From the NCBI GenBank assembly GCA_025454185.1, contig JALOOY010000001.1, positions 1 to 24,855 of the forward strand: a stretch of DNA of 24,855 bases. Reading direction: 5' to 3'. A program made the position numbers and the translations under genes. Positions 7,650 to 18,347 of this stretch are shown here, in pieces. How positions within the stretch are numbered: the first letter of the stretch is position 1; each line of letters opens with the position of its first letter. Source of the DNA: Thermodesulfobacteriota bacterium. GTDB taxonomy: Bacteria; Desulfobacterota; RBG-13-43-22. The notes under the pieces are model-generated. The model saw only the letters and a program-made list of their open reading frames with translations, made no database searches and had not been told where the DNA came from.

Positions 7650-8066
7650 TTGAATGCATTACAATTAATATCCCTGCCGGAAAATTTTCGGCAGGAGCCG
7701 CGGGGCTGGTCCTTTTCCCCCTTCCGGGAAAGGCCCTGGAAAAACGGCCTGGAAATCGATTGGGCCTCTTTCCACCTGGTTTCCCTCGAGCCGGGTTCGA
7801 TCCGGGGCAACCACGTCCATCCGCGCGTTACCGAATGGCTCCTGTTTCTGGGCGCCCCTTTCCTGCTGGTCTGGCAGGACGAAGGTTCGGTCCTCGTTCA
7901 GCAAAGAAGGATCGATGATCATCACACGCTGGTGGTCATCCCGCCCCGGGTCAAACACGCCGTTCAAAACCTGAGCCCCGGGCCGCTCTACCTGACGGCC
8001 TTTCGGAGTTTGACTCCTGGTTCTGCGAAGGAAGAAACCGTGGCGGCGCCATTAATAGCCGCCTGA
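7650..8066 (+). CDS. Cupin-domain protein (WxcM/FdtA/QdtA-like sugar isomerase fold)
   Basis: PGSIRGNHVHPRVTEW and IPPRVKHAVQN cupin motifs. The TTG start is uncertain. Confidence 0.7.
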   Translation: MNALQLISLPENFRQEPRGWSFSPFRERPWKNGLEIDWASFHLVSLEPGSIRGNHVHPRVTEWLLFLGAPFLLVWQDEGSVLVQQRRIDDHHTLVVIPPRVKHAVQNLSPGPLYLTAFRSLTPGSAKEETVAAPLIAA

Positions 8067-8119
8067 AAAACAATAATTAACAATAAATAATTAATTATTA
8101 ACTATTAATTATTGTTTTT
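8066..8119. repeat. AT-rich nested palindrome (CAATAAT-type) between convergent cupin and trmFO; possible bidirectional terminator
   Basis: Perfect 15-bp inverted repeat AAAAACAATAATTAA (8066-8080)/TTAATTATTGTTTTT (8105-8119); inner palindrome AATAATTAATTATT (8086-8099). Confidence 0.8.
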
Positions 8120-8128
8120 TTTAAAGAC

Positions 8129-9448
8129 CTATTCCAGCCCCTCTTTCCCAATCCATTTTTCCAAATCCTCCAACGCCCTTTGCGCCAAACGCTCCCCTTT
8201 CAGCTTCTTGGGAACTTTTCCCTCCAGCGGCGGGAAAAGTCCGAAATTGACGTTCATGGGCTGAAATTCCCGGACCGGTTCCCGGGAGATGTGGCCGATC
8301 AAGGCCCCCAGGGCCGTGGTAGCAGGCGGAACGACAGGGGGCCGTTCCCGGAGCAGCCGCTCGGCGTTGATCCCGGCCAGGAGTCCCATGGCCGTAGATT
8401 CTACATAGCCTTCCACCCCGGTGATCTGGCCGGCCAGCAGTATGCCGGGGTCGGCCTTAAGCTGCAGGGAAGGGCCAAGGACCTTCGGGCCTTCCAAAAA
8501 GGTATTCCGGTGGATGCTCCCCAGACGGGCGAATTCCGCCCTTTCCAAGCCGGGGATCAGGCGAAAGACCCGTTGCTGCTCCGGCCACTTCAACTTGGTT
8601 TGAAAACCCACCAGATTGAACAGGGTGCCGCTGCGGTTGTCCTGCCGAAGCTGAACTACGGCGTAGGGAATCTGACCCGTGCGTGGGTCAGGCAGGCCTA
8701 CCGGTTTCATGGGACCGTAGCGCAGGGTGTCCCGTCCCCGGCCGGCCATGACCTCGATGGGCAGGCAGCCTTCGAAATAGCGGGGGTCTTCAAAAGGCTG
8801 GAGGGGGACCATTGCGGCCGTAAGCAAAGCCTGCAGGAATCGTTCGTACTGGGCCTCGTCCAGAGGGCAGTTGATGTAATCTTCTCCCCCATGACCGTAG
8901 CGCGACCCCCGATAGACCCGGTCTTCGTCGATGGAATCCGCCTGGACGATGGGGGCGATGGCGTCGTAGAAATGGAGCTGTTCGGAACCTACCAGGCGGG
9001 CCAGGGATTGGGCCAGGGGGGCGGAGGTCAACGGTCCGCCGGCCACCACCAGGGGACGCTCCGAGGGCAAGGAAACCGCCTCCCTTCTCTCCACCCGGAT
9101 CCCCGGGTGCCCCGTTATCTTTTCGGTGACATGCCGGGCAAAGGCCTCGCGGTCCACGGCCAGGGACTTCCCGGCCGGCACCTGATTTACCAGGGCCGCT
9201 TCCATGATCAGGGAACCGAGCCGGCCCAGCTCCGCCTTCAGCAGACCTGCGGCGTTGTGCAGGTCCCGGGAACGAAGCGAGTTGCTGCAAACCAGTTCGG
9301 CCAGGTCCGGGGAGCGGTGGGCCGGTGAAAAAACCCGGGGCTTCATCTCCCACAGCTCTACGGCGACTCCCCGGCGGACTGCCTGCCAGGCCGCCTCGCA
9401 ACCGGCCAGACCGCCGCCGATAACAACGAGTTTGCTGGGTGGATTCAA
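8129..9448 (-). CDS. trmFO: Folate/FAD-dependent tRNA (uracil-54-C5)-methyltransferase TrmFO (Gid)
   Basis: [63 protein letters not shown]; follows topA. Confidence 0.97.
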   Translation of the reverse strand: MNPPSKLVVIGGGLAGCEAAWQAVRRGVAVELWEMKPRVFSPAHRSPDLAELVCSNSLRSRDLHNAAGLLKAELGRLGSLIMEAALVNQVPAGKSLAVDREAFARHVTEKITGHPGIRVERREAVSLPSERPLVVAGGPLTSAPLAQSLARLVGSEQLHFYDAIAPIVQADSIDEDRVYRGSRYGHGGEDYINCPLDEAQYERFLQALLTAAMVPLQPFEDPRYFEGCLPIEVMAGRGRDTLRYGPMKPVGLPDPRTGQIPYAVVQLRQDNRSGTLFNLVGFQTKLKWPEQQRVFRLIPGLERAEFARLGSIHRNTFLEGPKVLGPSLQLKADPGILLAGQITGVEGYVESTAMGLLAGINAERLLRERPPVVPPATTALGALIGHISREPVREFQPMNVNFGLFPPLEGKVPKKLKGERLAQRALEDLEKWIGKEGLE

Positions 9449-9466
9449 TGGAAACTTTTCGGGGTC

Positions 9467-9510
9467 AAAACAATAATCAATAATTAATTGTCAATAATTA
9501 ATTATTGATT
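9467..9510. repeat. AT-rich CAATAAT-type palindrome between topA and trmFO
   Basis: Perfect 18-bp palindrome TCAATAATTAATTATTGA (9491-9508); 15-bp inverted repeat 9475-9489/9496-9510. Confidence 0.8.
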
Positions 9511-9535
9511 TTTTATGTCATTACTTGAGACGGTT

Positions 9536-11992
9536 TTACGATTCGCCGTCGGTCTTCGTCTCCCTGTACCCGCACTCCTTCTTGATACAGGCCAGATAGG
9601 TCCCTTCCTTTTTGCTGCTCTTCTCCACCATTAAGGGAGACTGGCACTGGGGACAGGTCTGTTTCACCGGCTTGCCCCACAACAAAAAGTTACATTCCGG
9701 ATAGCGGCTGCAGCCGTGAAAACGCAGCCCCTTTTTGGTAACCCGGGAGACCAGGTTGCCGGTGCAGCCGGGCTGGGGGCAGGCCATGTCCGTTTCCAGG
9801 GCCTTGGCGGTCTTGCATTTCGGATATTTTTCACAGGCCAGAAATTGGTTTCCAAAACGGTTTTTTTTCAGAATCATGGCGCTGCCGCACTGGGGGCAGA
9901 CCTGCCCGGTGGGCGCGGCCGGCGGCTGTTCACCGTCCGTCCCGCTCCCCGCGGCCAGGGGCTGGGTTTCGGTGCATTGGGGGTACCCCGAGCAGGCCCA
10001 GAAAGAACCGAAACGGCCTTTCCGCACCACCATGGGTTTGCCGCATTGACCGCAGGTCTTTTCCACCCCCATTTCCGTCTGGCCGGCCGCTTCCGGCTGG
10101 ATACGGCCCTTTTCATCCCGGGTAAAGTTCATGGTCTGGCGGCACCCGGGATAGCCGGAACAGGCCAGGAAAGGCCCGTTTTTGCCCAGGCGTATGGTCA
10201 TGGGCTTACGGCACTGCGGGCAGACGATATCCGTGGCGATCCCCTGGCCTTTGATCTGCTCCATGTCCGTCTTCGCCCGGGCCAGGGTCTGGGCAAAGGG
10301 CTGGTAAAATTTGTCCAGGACCTCCACCCAGTTCAGCTTGCCCTCCTCGATCAGGTCCAGATTGTTCTCCATGTTGGCCGTAAACTGGACATCGAGGATA
10401 TCCGGGAAATTCTTGACCAGCAGGTCCGTAACCAGAAAACCCAGTTCGGTAGGATGAAAAAGCTGCTTTTCCTTCTTCACGTATTCCTTGTCCTGGATCG
10501 TGGAGATGATCGCCGCGTAGGTCGACGGTCTGCCGATCCCCTTCTCCTCCAGCTCTTTGACCAGCGTGGCCTCCGTGTAACGGGGAGGCGGCTGGGTGAA
10601 ATGCTGCTTGGGCAGGAGCTTTTCCAGCCCCAGCACCTGATCGTTCTGCAGCACCGGCAGACGGCCGCTCTTTTCCCCGTTCTCCTCGTCCTCCGTATCC
10701 TTGCCGGCCACGTACAGGACGGTAAATCCGGGAAAGGTCAACACCGAACCGGTAGCCCGAAACAGCGTCTCCCCGGCGGCGATGTCCACCGCGGTCTGGT
10801 CGATTCGGGCCGGCTTCATCTGGCTGGCCACGAAGCGGTTCCAGATCAGGCGGTAGAGGGCCAGGAGGTCCTTGTCCAAAAAGGAAGCGATCGCCTCCGG
10901 ATGATACTCCATGGAGGTGGGGCGGATGGCTTCGTGGGCGTCCTGAGCCCCTTTTTTATTGGGGAAGGTCAGGGGCCGGGCCGGAAGGTAGTCCGGGCCG
11001 AAGCGCTGTTGGATATGATCGCGGACGGCCTCGACGGCCTCTTTGGAGACCCGGGTGGAATCCGTCCGCATGTAGGTGATCAGCCCCACCAGGCCGTCGG
11101 AGCCCACCTCCACCCCCTCATAGAGCCGCTGGGCCAGGAACATGGTCTTCTTGGCCGGAAAACGGAGTTTGCGGAAGGCTTCCTGCTGGAGCTGGCTGGT
11201 GGTAAAGGGCGCCGACGGATGGCGCAGCCGTTCCTTGCGGTCGATCTTGACCACCCGGAAGGCTTCCCGGGATAGACGGGCCACCAGGTCTTCCGCCTGT
11301 TCCTGATTGTGGACCTTGGCCGCCTTGCCCTCGATCTTGACCAGTTTGGCCTCGAAGGACGCCGCCGCGGCCGCCTCTGCCGGGGGTTGGCCCGGATTCA
11401 AGAAGGCCGTGATGGACCAGTATTCCCGGCTGATAAAGGCCTGGATCTCCCGCTCCCGATCGCAGATAAGCCGCACGGCCACGGACTGGACCCGCCCGGC
11501 GCTGAGCCCCTTCTTGACCTTCTGCCAGAGCAGCGGGGAAATCTGGTAGCCCACCAGCCGGTCCAGGATGCGCCGGGCCAACTGGGACTGGAAGCGGGCC
11601 TCATGGAGCGGCTCCGGTTTCTGCAGGGCCTCCAGGATGGCCCGTTTGGAAAGTTCATGGAAGAGGACCCGGTGAAAGACTTTGTCTTTATCGGCAAGCT
11701 CCTCGGCGATATGCCAGGCGATGGCCTCGCCTTCCCGGTCCGGGTCGGGGGCCAGGTAGATATGGCTGGCCTTGCGGGCCGCCTGCTTCAGGTCCTTCAG
11801 TACCTTGTTCTTGCCGGAGATGATCTGAAATTCCGGCTTGAAGGCCTGTTCGACATCCACGCCCAATAAATGAGGGGGCAGATCTTTCACGTGGCCCAGA
11901 GAGGCCTTTACTTCGAACTCCGGCCCCAGGTATTTCTTGATGGTCCGCACCTTGGTCGGAGACTCTACGATCAATAAAGATTTTTCCATCAT
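9536..11992 (-). CDS. topA: DNA topoisomerase I (type IA) with five C-terminal Zn-ribbon repeats
   Basis: LLIVESPTK, GHVKDLP, LAPDPDREGEAIAWH (TOPRIM), SAGRVQS, LITYMRTDS (catalytic Tyr), GIGRPSTYA; Cys-rich C4 repeats. Confidence 0.98.
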   Translation of the reverse strand: MMEKSLLIVESPTKVRTIKKYLGPEFEVKASLGHVKDLPPHLLGVDVEQAFKPEFQIISGKNKVLKDLKQAARKASHIYLAPDPDREGEAIAWHIAEELADKDKVFHRVLFHELSKRAILEALQKPEPLHEARFQSQLARRILDRLVGYQISPLLWQKVKKGLSAGRVQSVAVRLICDREREIQAFISREYWSITAFLNPGQPPAEAAAAASFEAKLVKIEGKAAKVHNQEQAEDLVARLSREAFRVVKIDRKERLRHPSAPFTTSQLQQEAFRKLRFPAKKTMFLAQRLYEGVEVGSDGLVGLITYMRTDSTRVSKEAVEAVRDHIQQRFGPDYLPARPLTFPNKKGAQDAHEAIRPTSMEYHPEAIASFLDKDLLALYRLIWNRFVASQMKPARIDQTAVDIAAGETLFRATGSVLTFPGFTVLYVAGKDTEDEENGEKSGRLPVLQNDQVLGLEKLLPKQHFTQPPPRYTEATLVKELEEKGIGRPSTYAAIISTIQDKEYVKKEKQLFHPTELGFLVTDLLVKNFPDILDVQFTANMENNLDLIEEGKLNWVEVLDKFYQPFAQTLARAKTDMEQIKGQGIATDIVCPQCRKPMTIRLGKNGPFLACSGYPGCRQTMNFTRDEKGRIQPEAAGQTEMGVEKTCGQCGKPMVVRKGRFGSFWACSGYPQCTETQPLAAGSGTDGEQPPAAPTGQVCPQCGSAMILKKNRFGNQFLACEKYPKCKTAKALETDMACPQPGCTGNLVSRVTKKGLRFHGCSRYPECNFLLWGKPVKQTCPQCQSPLMVEKSSKKEGTYLACIKKECGYRETKTDGES

Positions 11993-13092
11993 TTCCTTTC
12001 AAAAAACTTGCCCGGCAACTGTTTGATAACCCCTTTTAATTCCAGGTCCAACAAATGGGACAGCAAAAGTCCCACGGCCAGGCCGGTCTCCCGGACCAGG
12101 GGGTCGATCTGTTTCGGCCCGTCGGCCAGCAGGCCCCAGATCCGGAGCTGGTCAGCGGAAAGACCCAACGCCGGCGCGGGGACCGGCGTTTCCGACTCCG
12201 GATTAGTCTGGGCGGCATACCCGGGGATCTCCTCGAGTATGTCCTGGGCGCGCTCCACCAGCTTGGCCCCCTGTTTGATCAAACCGTGGGTCCCGGAACT
12301 CTTGAACGATTCCACGCTCCCGGGCACGGCGAAGACCTCCCGGCCCTGTTCCAGGGCCAGACGGGCCGTGATCAGAGAGCCGCTGTGCTGGGTGGCCTCG
12401 ACGATGACCACCCCCAGCGACAGACCGCTGATGATCCGGTTGCGCACCGGGAAATGGGGGCGTTCCGGCAGCGCGCCCAAAGGGAACTCCGAACAGACCA
12501 GGCCCTTTTCGGTGATCTGTTCCACCAGGTTACGGTTTTCCGGCGGATAAACCACGTCCAATCCGGAGCCGAGCACCGCCACCGTGCGGCCCTTGGCGAT
12601 CAAGGCCCCGTTGTGGGCGGCCGTGTCGATCCCCCGGGCCAAGCCGGAGACCACGACCACTCCGGCCAGGGCCAGGCTATAGGCCAGGCGTTCCGTGATC
12701 TTGCGCCCGTATGCACTGGCATTCCGGGAACCAACCATGGCGATCACGGGCCGGTCCCGCAAGGACCCGCTTCCCAGACAATAGAGGAAGGGGGGCGGAT
12801 CGTAAATCCGGGCCAGCAGGGGGGGATAATCCGGACTTAGTATGGTGACGAGGCGGACACCCAACCGGTCCAGGGCTTCGATCTCCCGTTCGACCGACTC
12901 GTTCCTCTTGGACCGGACAATAGCCCGGGCGGCCTTCTCCCCCAGGCCGGAAACGGACAGCAGGTCCGGCAGTCCGGCCTTGAAAACCTGATCCGGCGAC
13001 TGGAACTTTTCGAGCAGCCGCCGGTACAGGACCGGGCCGATTCCGGGGATCCGGCTCAGGGTCAGCCAGGCATAACGGGGATCTTCAGCCAT
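11989..13092 (-). CDS. dprA: DNA-processing protein DprA (Smf)
   Basis: VGSRNAS, VSGLARGIDTAAH, FPVRNRIISGLS, SGSLITA, GREVFAVPG, C-terminal winged helix; ATGA overlap with topA. Confidence 0.97.
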   Translation of the reverse strand: MAEDPRYAWLTLSRIPGIGPVLYRRLLEKFQSPDQVFKAGLPDLLSVSGLGEKAARAIVRSKRNESVEREIEALDRLGVRLVTILSPDYPPLLARIYDPPPFLYCLGSGSLRDRPVIAMVGSRNASAYGRKITERLAYSLALAGVVVVSGLARGIDTAAHNGALIAKGRTVAVLGSGLDVVYPPENRNLVEQITEKGLVCSEFPLGALPERPHFPVRNRIISGLSLGVVIVEATQHSGSLITARLALEQGREVFAVPGSVESFKSSGTHGLIKQGAKLVERAQDILEEIPGYAAQTNPESETPVPAPALGLSADQLRIWGLLADGPKQIDPLVRETGLAVGLLLSHLLDLELKGVIKQLPGKFFERK

Positions 13093-13106
13093 AAATCCGA
13101 AATCCG
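13093..13106. repeat. AAATCCG heptamer doublet immediately upstream of the dprA start
   Basis: aaatccg-aaatccg-aaa; related units at 14734-14747. Confidence 0.55.
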
Positions 13107-13115
13107 AAAAAATTA

Positions 13116-13220
13116 TTTAGCCGCAGACTTACGCAGACGACCACGGACAATTTTTTTATCGCCGCCGCCTGCGGCGAAAAATAAATGTCTGTCCTTGTCC
13201 GCGCGGGTCTGCGGCTGATA
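13116..13220. repeat. MITE-like nested inverted repeat (CGCAGAC 9-mer-periodic arms, central CGCCGC-CGCCT-GCGGCG hairpin)
   Basis: AGCCGCAGAC (13119-13128)/GTCTGCGGCT (13207-13216); CGGACAA (13144-13150)/TTGTCCG (13195-13201); T-run and A-run flank the central hairpin. Confidence 0.75.
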
Positions 13221-13243
13221 ATTGGTCTTCCTCGCCGATCCGC

Positions 13244-14853
<1,610 letters not shown>

Positions 14854-14859
14854 TTTTCA

Positions 14860-15921
14860 TTAAATAATCAGCATGGCATCGCCATAACTATAAAATCGAT
14901 ATCCCCGTTCAATCGCTTCCCGGTAAGACCCCAAAATGTTTTCCCGGCCGGCCAGGGCCGCCACCAGCAGAATCAGGGTGGTCTTCGGCAGATGGAAATT
15001 GGTGATCAACCGGTCCACCACCCGGAATTCGAAACCGGGCCGGATAAAGAGATCGCACTGCCCGGCGGAGGGCGTTAATTCCCCATAGCGCCCCGCCACG
15101 TATTCCAGAACCCGCACACTGGTGGTGCCCACGGCCCAGATCCGTTTCCCGGCCCGCTTTTGTTCCCGGATAATCCGCACGGTCTCCTCCGGGAGACGAT
15201 ACGTTTCCGGATGCATCCGATGTGCGGCCGGGTCTTCACCCTTGACCGGTGCGAAGGTGCCATAGCCCACATGGAGAGTGACCGGCGCCGTGATTACACC
15301 CAAGTCTCCCAGCCGGGACAGCAGACGGTCGGTGAAATGCAACCCCGCTGTCGGCGCAGCCACGGCTCCGGGCCGGGCGGCGTAAACGGTCTGATAGCGC
15401 TCCCTATCGCGCCGCTCCTGCTCCACGGTCTGCCCCTTCCGGTGGATGTAGGGGGGCAGGGGCACCCGACCGCGGCTTTCCAGGAGCTGCTGAAAAGACC
15501 CGCGGAAATGGAAACGCACCACCCGATGTCCGTTAGGCAGGGAGGGCAGGATCTCCCCGGCCAGGTCCTCACCAAAGGTCATACGGTCGCCCGGATTGAA
15601 CCTCCTGGCCCCGCGCAGCAAACAGGTGCTGGTCCAGGTTTCCGCCGGGTCGGTTTCCGGATAGTTCAAAATCAGGCATTCCACCCGCGCGCCGGTGGCC
15701 TTTTGCCCGATCAGTTTGACCGGGACGACCCGCGTATCGTTGATCACCAGCACGTCGCCGGGTTCGAAATAAGCGGCGACCTCCTGGAAAAAACGGTGCT
15801 CCCGATCTCCCGACCGCCGGTGTAAAACCAGCAACCGGGAGTGGTCCCGTTCCGGACCGGGTTCCTGGGCGATCCGGTCGGGGGGCAGGTCAAAGTCGTA
15901 ATCGGACAACAGACCGTTCAT
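14860..15921 (-). CDS. queA: S-adenosylmethionine:tRNA ribosyltransferase-isomerase
   Basis: DYDFDLPPDRIAQEP, VINDTRV, VPLPPYI, YQTVYA, GAVAAPTAGLHFT, TLHVGYGTF, TNFHLPKTT, YRFYSYGDAMLI. Confidence 0.98.
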   Translation of the reverse strand: MNGLLSDYDFDLPPDRIAQEPGPERDHSRLLVLHRRSGDREHRFFQEVAAYFEPGDVLVINDTRVVPVKLIGQKATGARVECLILNYPETDPAETWTSTCLLRGARRFNPGDRMTFGEDLAGEILPSLPNGHRVVRFHFRGSFQQLLESRGRVPLPPYIHRKGQTVEQERRDRERYQTVYAARPGAVAAPTAGLHFTDRLLSRLGDLGVITAPVTLHVGYGTFAPVKGEDPAAHRMHPETYRLPEETVRIIREQKRAGKRIWAVGTTSVRVLEYVAGRYGELTPSAGQCDLFIRPGFEFRVVDRLITNFHLPKTTLILLVAALAGRENILGSYREAIERGYRFYSYGDAMLII

Positions 15922-16122
15922 TCAATTAAAAAACCCGGAACGGCGGGCCAGATAGACCAACAGGAGCCCGACCAACATGGACACCAGCCCGTAAATCCGT
16001 AAAGACCCCTCCGGCATTTCCAGGACCTTTACGATCCATTTCTTGAAGACCCGCGGAAAGGCAAAATAGGGCATCCCCTCCAAAATGAGTATCAGACCGA
16101 TAACTGTAAGCAGTTCGTTCAT
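15922..16122 (-). CDS. DUF2065 family small membrane protein
   Basis: GLILILEGMPYFAFP...LRIYGLVSMLVGLLLVY; abuts queA with no gap. Confidence 0.85.
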   Translation of the reverse strand: MNELLTVIGLILILEGMPYFAFPRVFKKWIVKVLEMPEGSLRIYGLVSMLVGLLLVYLARRSGFFN

Positions 16123-16200
16123 GCGTCTCAGGGTTAGAAAAAAATAAGGCTGAGGGAGAAAAAGTCGGATGGAACGGCTGGGCAGGCAGGGAAAAAGCGA

Positions 16201-16228
16201 AGCCCTTTATCCTTTTGCCTTGAACCTT
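16201..16228. repeat. Degenerate NNNCCTT heptamer run
   Basis: agccctt-tatcctt-ttgcctt-gaacctt (period 7). Confidence 0.45.
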
Positions 16229-16237
16229 TTTCCTGAC

Positions 16238-16486
16238 TTATTTGGTCGGTCCCGGAATATTTATGGTCGTACAGCTCCCCCCGGCGCAGTTCCGGGAATC
16301 CACCGAAGGCAGCGAGGCCGCCTCTCCCGACGAAGACCTCGCGCCCAGATTGACCCGCGACAGGGCCCGGCTGATCTCAGGGGACTGGCAGTAAGGGCAG
16401 ACCGTAGGCACCTGATCTTCCGTGCGGACGGCGAGCAATTCAAAGGTTTTGCTGCAATGATCGCAAATGAATTCGAAAATGGGCAT
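16238..16486 (-). CDS. FmdB-family zinc-ribbon protein
   Basis: MPIFEFICDHCSKTFELL...CPYCQS, C-terminal CAGGSC; ATG 16486 with GGAG upstream; 82 aa. Confidence 0.88.
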   Translation of the reverse strand: MPIFEFICDHCSKTFELLAVRTEDQVPTVCPYCQSPEISRALSRVNLGARSSSGEAASLPSVDSRNCAGGSCTTINIPGPTK

Positions 16487-16518
16487 GAGGGGTCTCCCTA
16501 TAAACCTTAATACGAAAT

Positions 16519-16560
16519 AAAGACGAACATCCAACATTCAACATCGAACGTCCAACATCG
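16519..16560 (+). repeat. AACRTCS heptamer array
   Basis: aaagacg-aacatcc-aacattc-aacatcg-aacgtcc-aacatcg-aatt. Confidence 0.9.
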
Positions 16561-16591
16561 AATTACTGGGTTAGCATGACATTAATTTATT

Positions 16592-16620
16592 AATATAGCT
16601 TAAAATAACTTTTTTGCCAA
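16592..16620 (-). promoter_or_regulatory. Putative sigma70 promoter for FmdB-DUF2065-queA-tgt-yajC
   Basis: Minus strand TTGGCA (16620-16615) - 17 nt - TATATT (16597-16592), in an AT-rich patch. Confidence 0.55.
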
Positions 16621-16766
16621 GTGCTACCCGCCTTTCCGGGCCTGGGTCTGGACCCGGATGGTATTATGCGCAATAAATCTTGAAATCAATGGGCCCCAAT
16701 CCCCCAACCCGAAAGCCGAACCGCCTTCGCCTGGCTCGGATATTTCCGGATGCCAATATCCTTTTT

Positions 16767-17480
16767 TCAGTGGTTCAGCGCCGTATTCAACACCCCCTTG
16801 TCCAAAAAAATCTGCCGGCGGGCGGTCTGGGCCGCCCGGGGGTCGTGGGTGACCATGATGATGGTCTTCCGGAACTCCTGGTTGAGCCCTTCCATTAAGC
16901 TGAGGATTTCTTGGGCCGAGCGTTTGTCCAGGTCGCCGGTGGGTTCGTCGGCCACGATGATGGTGGGATCGGTGATGATGGCCCGGGCGATGGCCACCCG
17001 CTGCTGCTGACCGCCCGAAAGCTGGCGGGGGTAATGATCCATACGGTCTCCCAGGCCCACCACCCGCAGGGCCGTTTCCACGTGACGCCGCCGTTCCCGG
17101 CGCCGGAGATCGCTCAGCAGCAGCGGCAGTTCCACGTTTTCAAAAGCGGTGAGTACGGGCAGCAGGTTATAGAATTGGAAGACGAAGCCGATGTGCCTGG
17201 AACGCCAGGCCGCCAGATCGGTTTCTCCCAGGCTGGTGATATCGGTCCCGGCCACGACGAGCGTGCCGGCATCGGCCTGGTCGATGCCGGCGATGAGATT
17301 GAGCAGGGTGGTCTTCCCCGACCCCGACGGTCCCATCAAGGCGATGAACTCCCCTTCGGGGATGGACAGATTCAGGTTTTCCAACACCGGGATCTGCTGA
17401 TTGCCCCGCCGATAGGACTTATAGAGACCGGCGATCTCCACCACCGGCCGGCCGTTCCCGCTAGGTGTTCCTTCTCCCAT
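16767..17480 (-). CDS. ABC transporter ATP-binding protein (LolD/MacB-like subfamily)
   Basis: Walker A GPSGSGKTT, Q-loop FQFYNL, signature LSGGQQQR, Walker B IIVADEP, H-loop VTHD. Start moved to ATG 17480; the longer ORF reads through a repeat. Confidence 0.92.
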   Translation of the reverse strand: MGEGTPSGNGRPVVEIAGLYKSYRRGNQQIPVLENLNLSIPEGEFIALMGPSGSGKTTLLNLIAGIDQADAGTLVVAGTDITSLGETDLAAWRSRHIGFVFQFYNLLPVLTAFENVELPLLLSDLRRRERRRHVETALRVVGLGDRMDHYPRQLSGGQQQRVAIARAIITDPTIIVADEPTGDLDKRSAQEILSLMEGLNQEFRKTIIMVTHDPRAAQTARRQIFLDKGVLNTALNH

Positions 17481-17535
17481 TAACCCCGCCTTGTCCTTTC
17501 GTTCTGCATTTTGGAAATAACCTTGAAAAGCCTCC

Positions 17536-17668
17536 TCACCGCAAAGGCGCAAAGAACGCAAAGGACAACATTTTTTGGACATCCCGCCTGCGGCGGGACT
17601 TTCTAAAATCGGCTCCTGCCGATTTTAGAAAATCAATATTCTTTGCGCCCTTTGCGCCTTTGCGGTGA
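17536..17668. repeat. MITE-like element with 30-bp terminal inverted repeats (CGCAAAG 9-mer-periodic) and two internal hairpins
   Basis: 17536-17565 vs 17639-17668 match at 27/30. Internal TCCCGCC-TGC-GGCGGGA (17582-17598) and perfect TTCTAAAATCGGC-TCCT-GCCGATTTTAGAA (17601-17630). Confidence 0.85.
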
Positions 17669-17698
17669 AAAAGGTTTTAAAAAGGATCTGCCTGCCAT

Positions 17699-18337
17699 CT
17701 ACCTCATCCCATAATCGCAAGCCTCCCGCAGCGGACAATCCCCGCACCGGGGCCCCCGGGCCGGACACAGGCTCCGCCCGTGGTCGATCAACTGGTGCGA
17801 AAAAAGGATCCATTTCTCCCGGGGGATCAGCGGCATCAAGGCGAATTCGATCTTCACCGGGTCCTTTTCCTTGGTCAGGCCCAGCCGTTGCACGATGCGG
17901 CCCACGTGGGTATCCACCACGATGCCGGGCAGGCCGAAGGCGCTGCCCAGGACCACATTGGCCGTCTTGCGGCCGATCCCCGGCAGGGCGGTCAGTTCCT
18001 CCATGGTCCGGGGTACCTGACCTTTATGACGTTTGATCAACTCCGCGCAGCAGTGCTTGATGCTCTTGGCCTTGTTTCGGAAAAAGCCCGTGGGCCGAAT
18101 GTCGGCCTCCAGCTCCTCCAGGGGGACTTCGGCGAAATCCCGGGCGCTGCGGTATTTTTTAAACAGGACTGCGGTCACCTCGTTCACTTTCTTGTCCGTG
18201 CACTGGGCCGACAGGATGGTGGCCACCAGCATCTCCAGGGGATTACGGAAAGCAAGGGCCGTGTGGGACCTGGGGTAAAGCCGGTCCAGGGCCGGGAGGA
18301 TGAACTTGATTTTGTCGGGGAGTTTCACAGAAAGCAC
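17699..18337 (-). CDS. nth: Endonuclease III (DNA glycosylase/AP lyase)
   Basis: LVATILSAQCTD, HhH LPGIGRKTANVV, VDTHV, Fe-S motif CPARGPRCGDCPLREAC. Confidence 0.97.
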   Translation of the reverse strand: MLSVKLPDKIKFILPALDRLYPRSHTALAFRNPLEMLVATILSAQCTDKKVNEVTAVLFKKYRSARDFAEVPLEELEADIRPTGFFRNKAKSIKHCCAELIKRHKGQVPRTMEELTALPGIGRKTANVVLGSAFGLPGIVVDTHVGRIVQRLGLTKEKDPVKIEFALMPLIPREKWILFSHQLIDHGRSLCPARGPRCGDCPLREACDYGMR

Positions 18338-18347
18338 CTTTCAATGA

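Noticed and set aside
9536-10260. Five Zn-ribbon repeats in TopA as a novelty
   Set aside because: Multiple C-terminal C4 Zn ribbons are normal for bacterial TopA.
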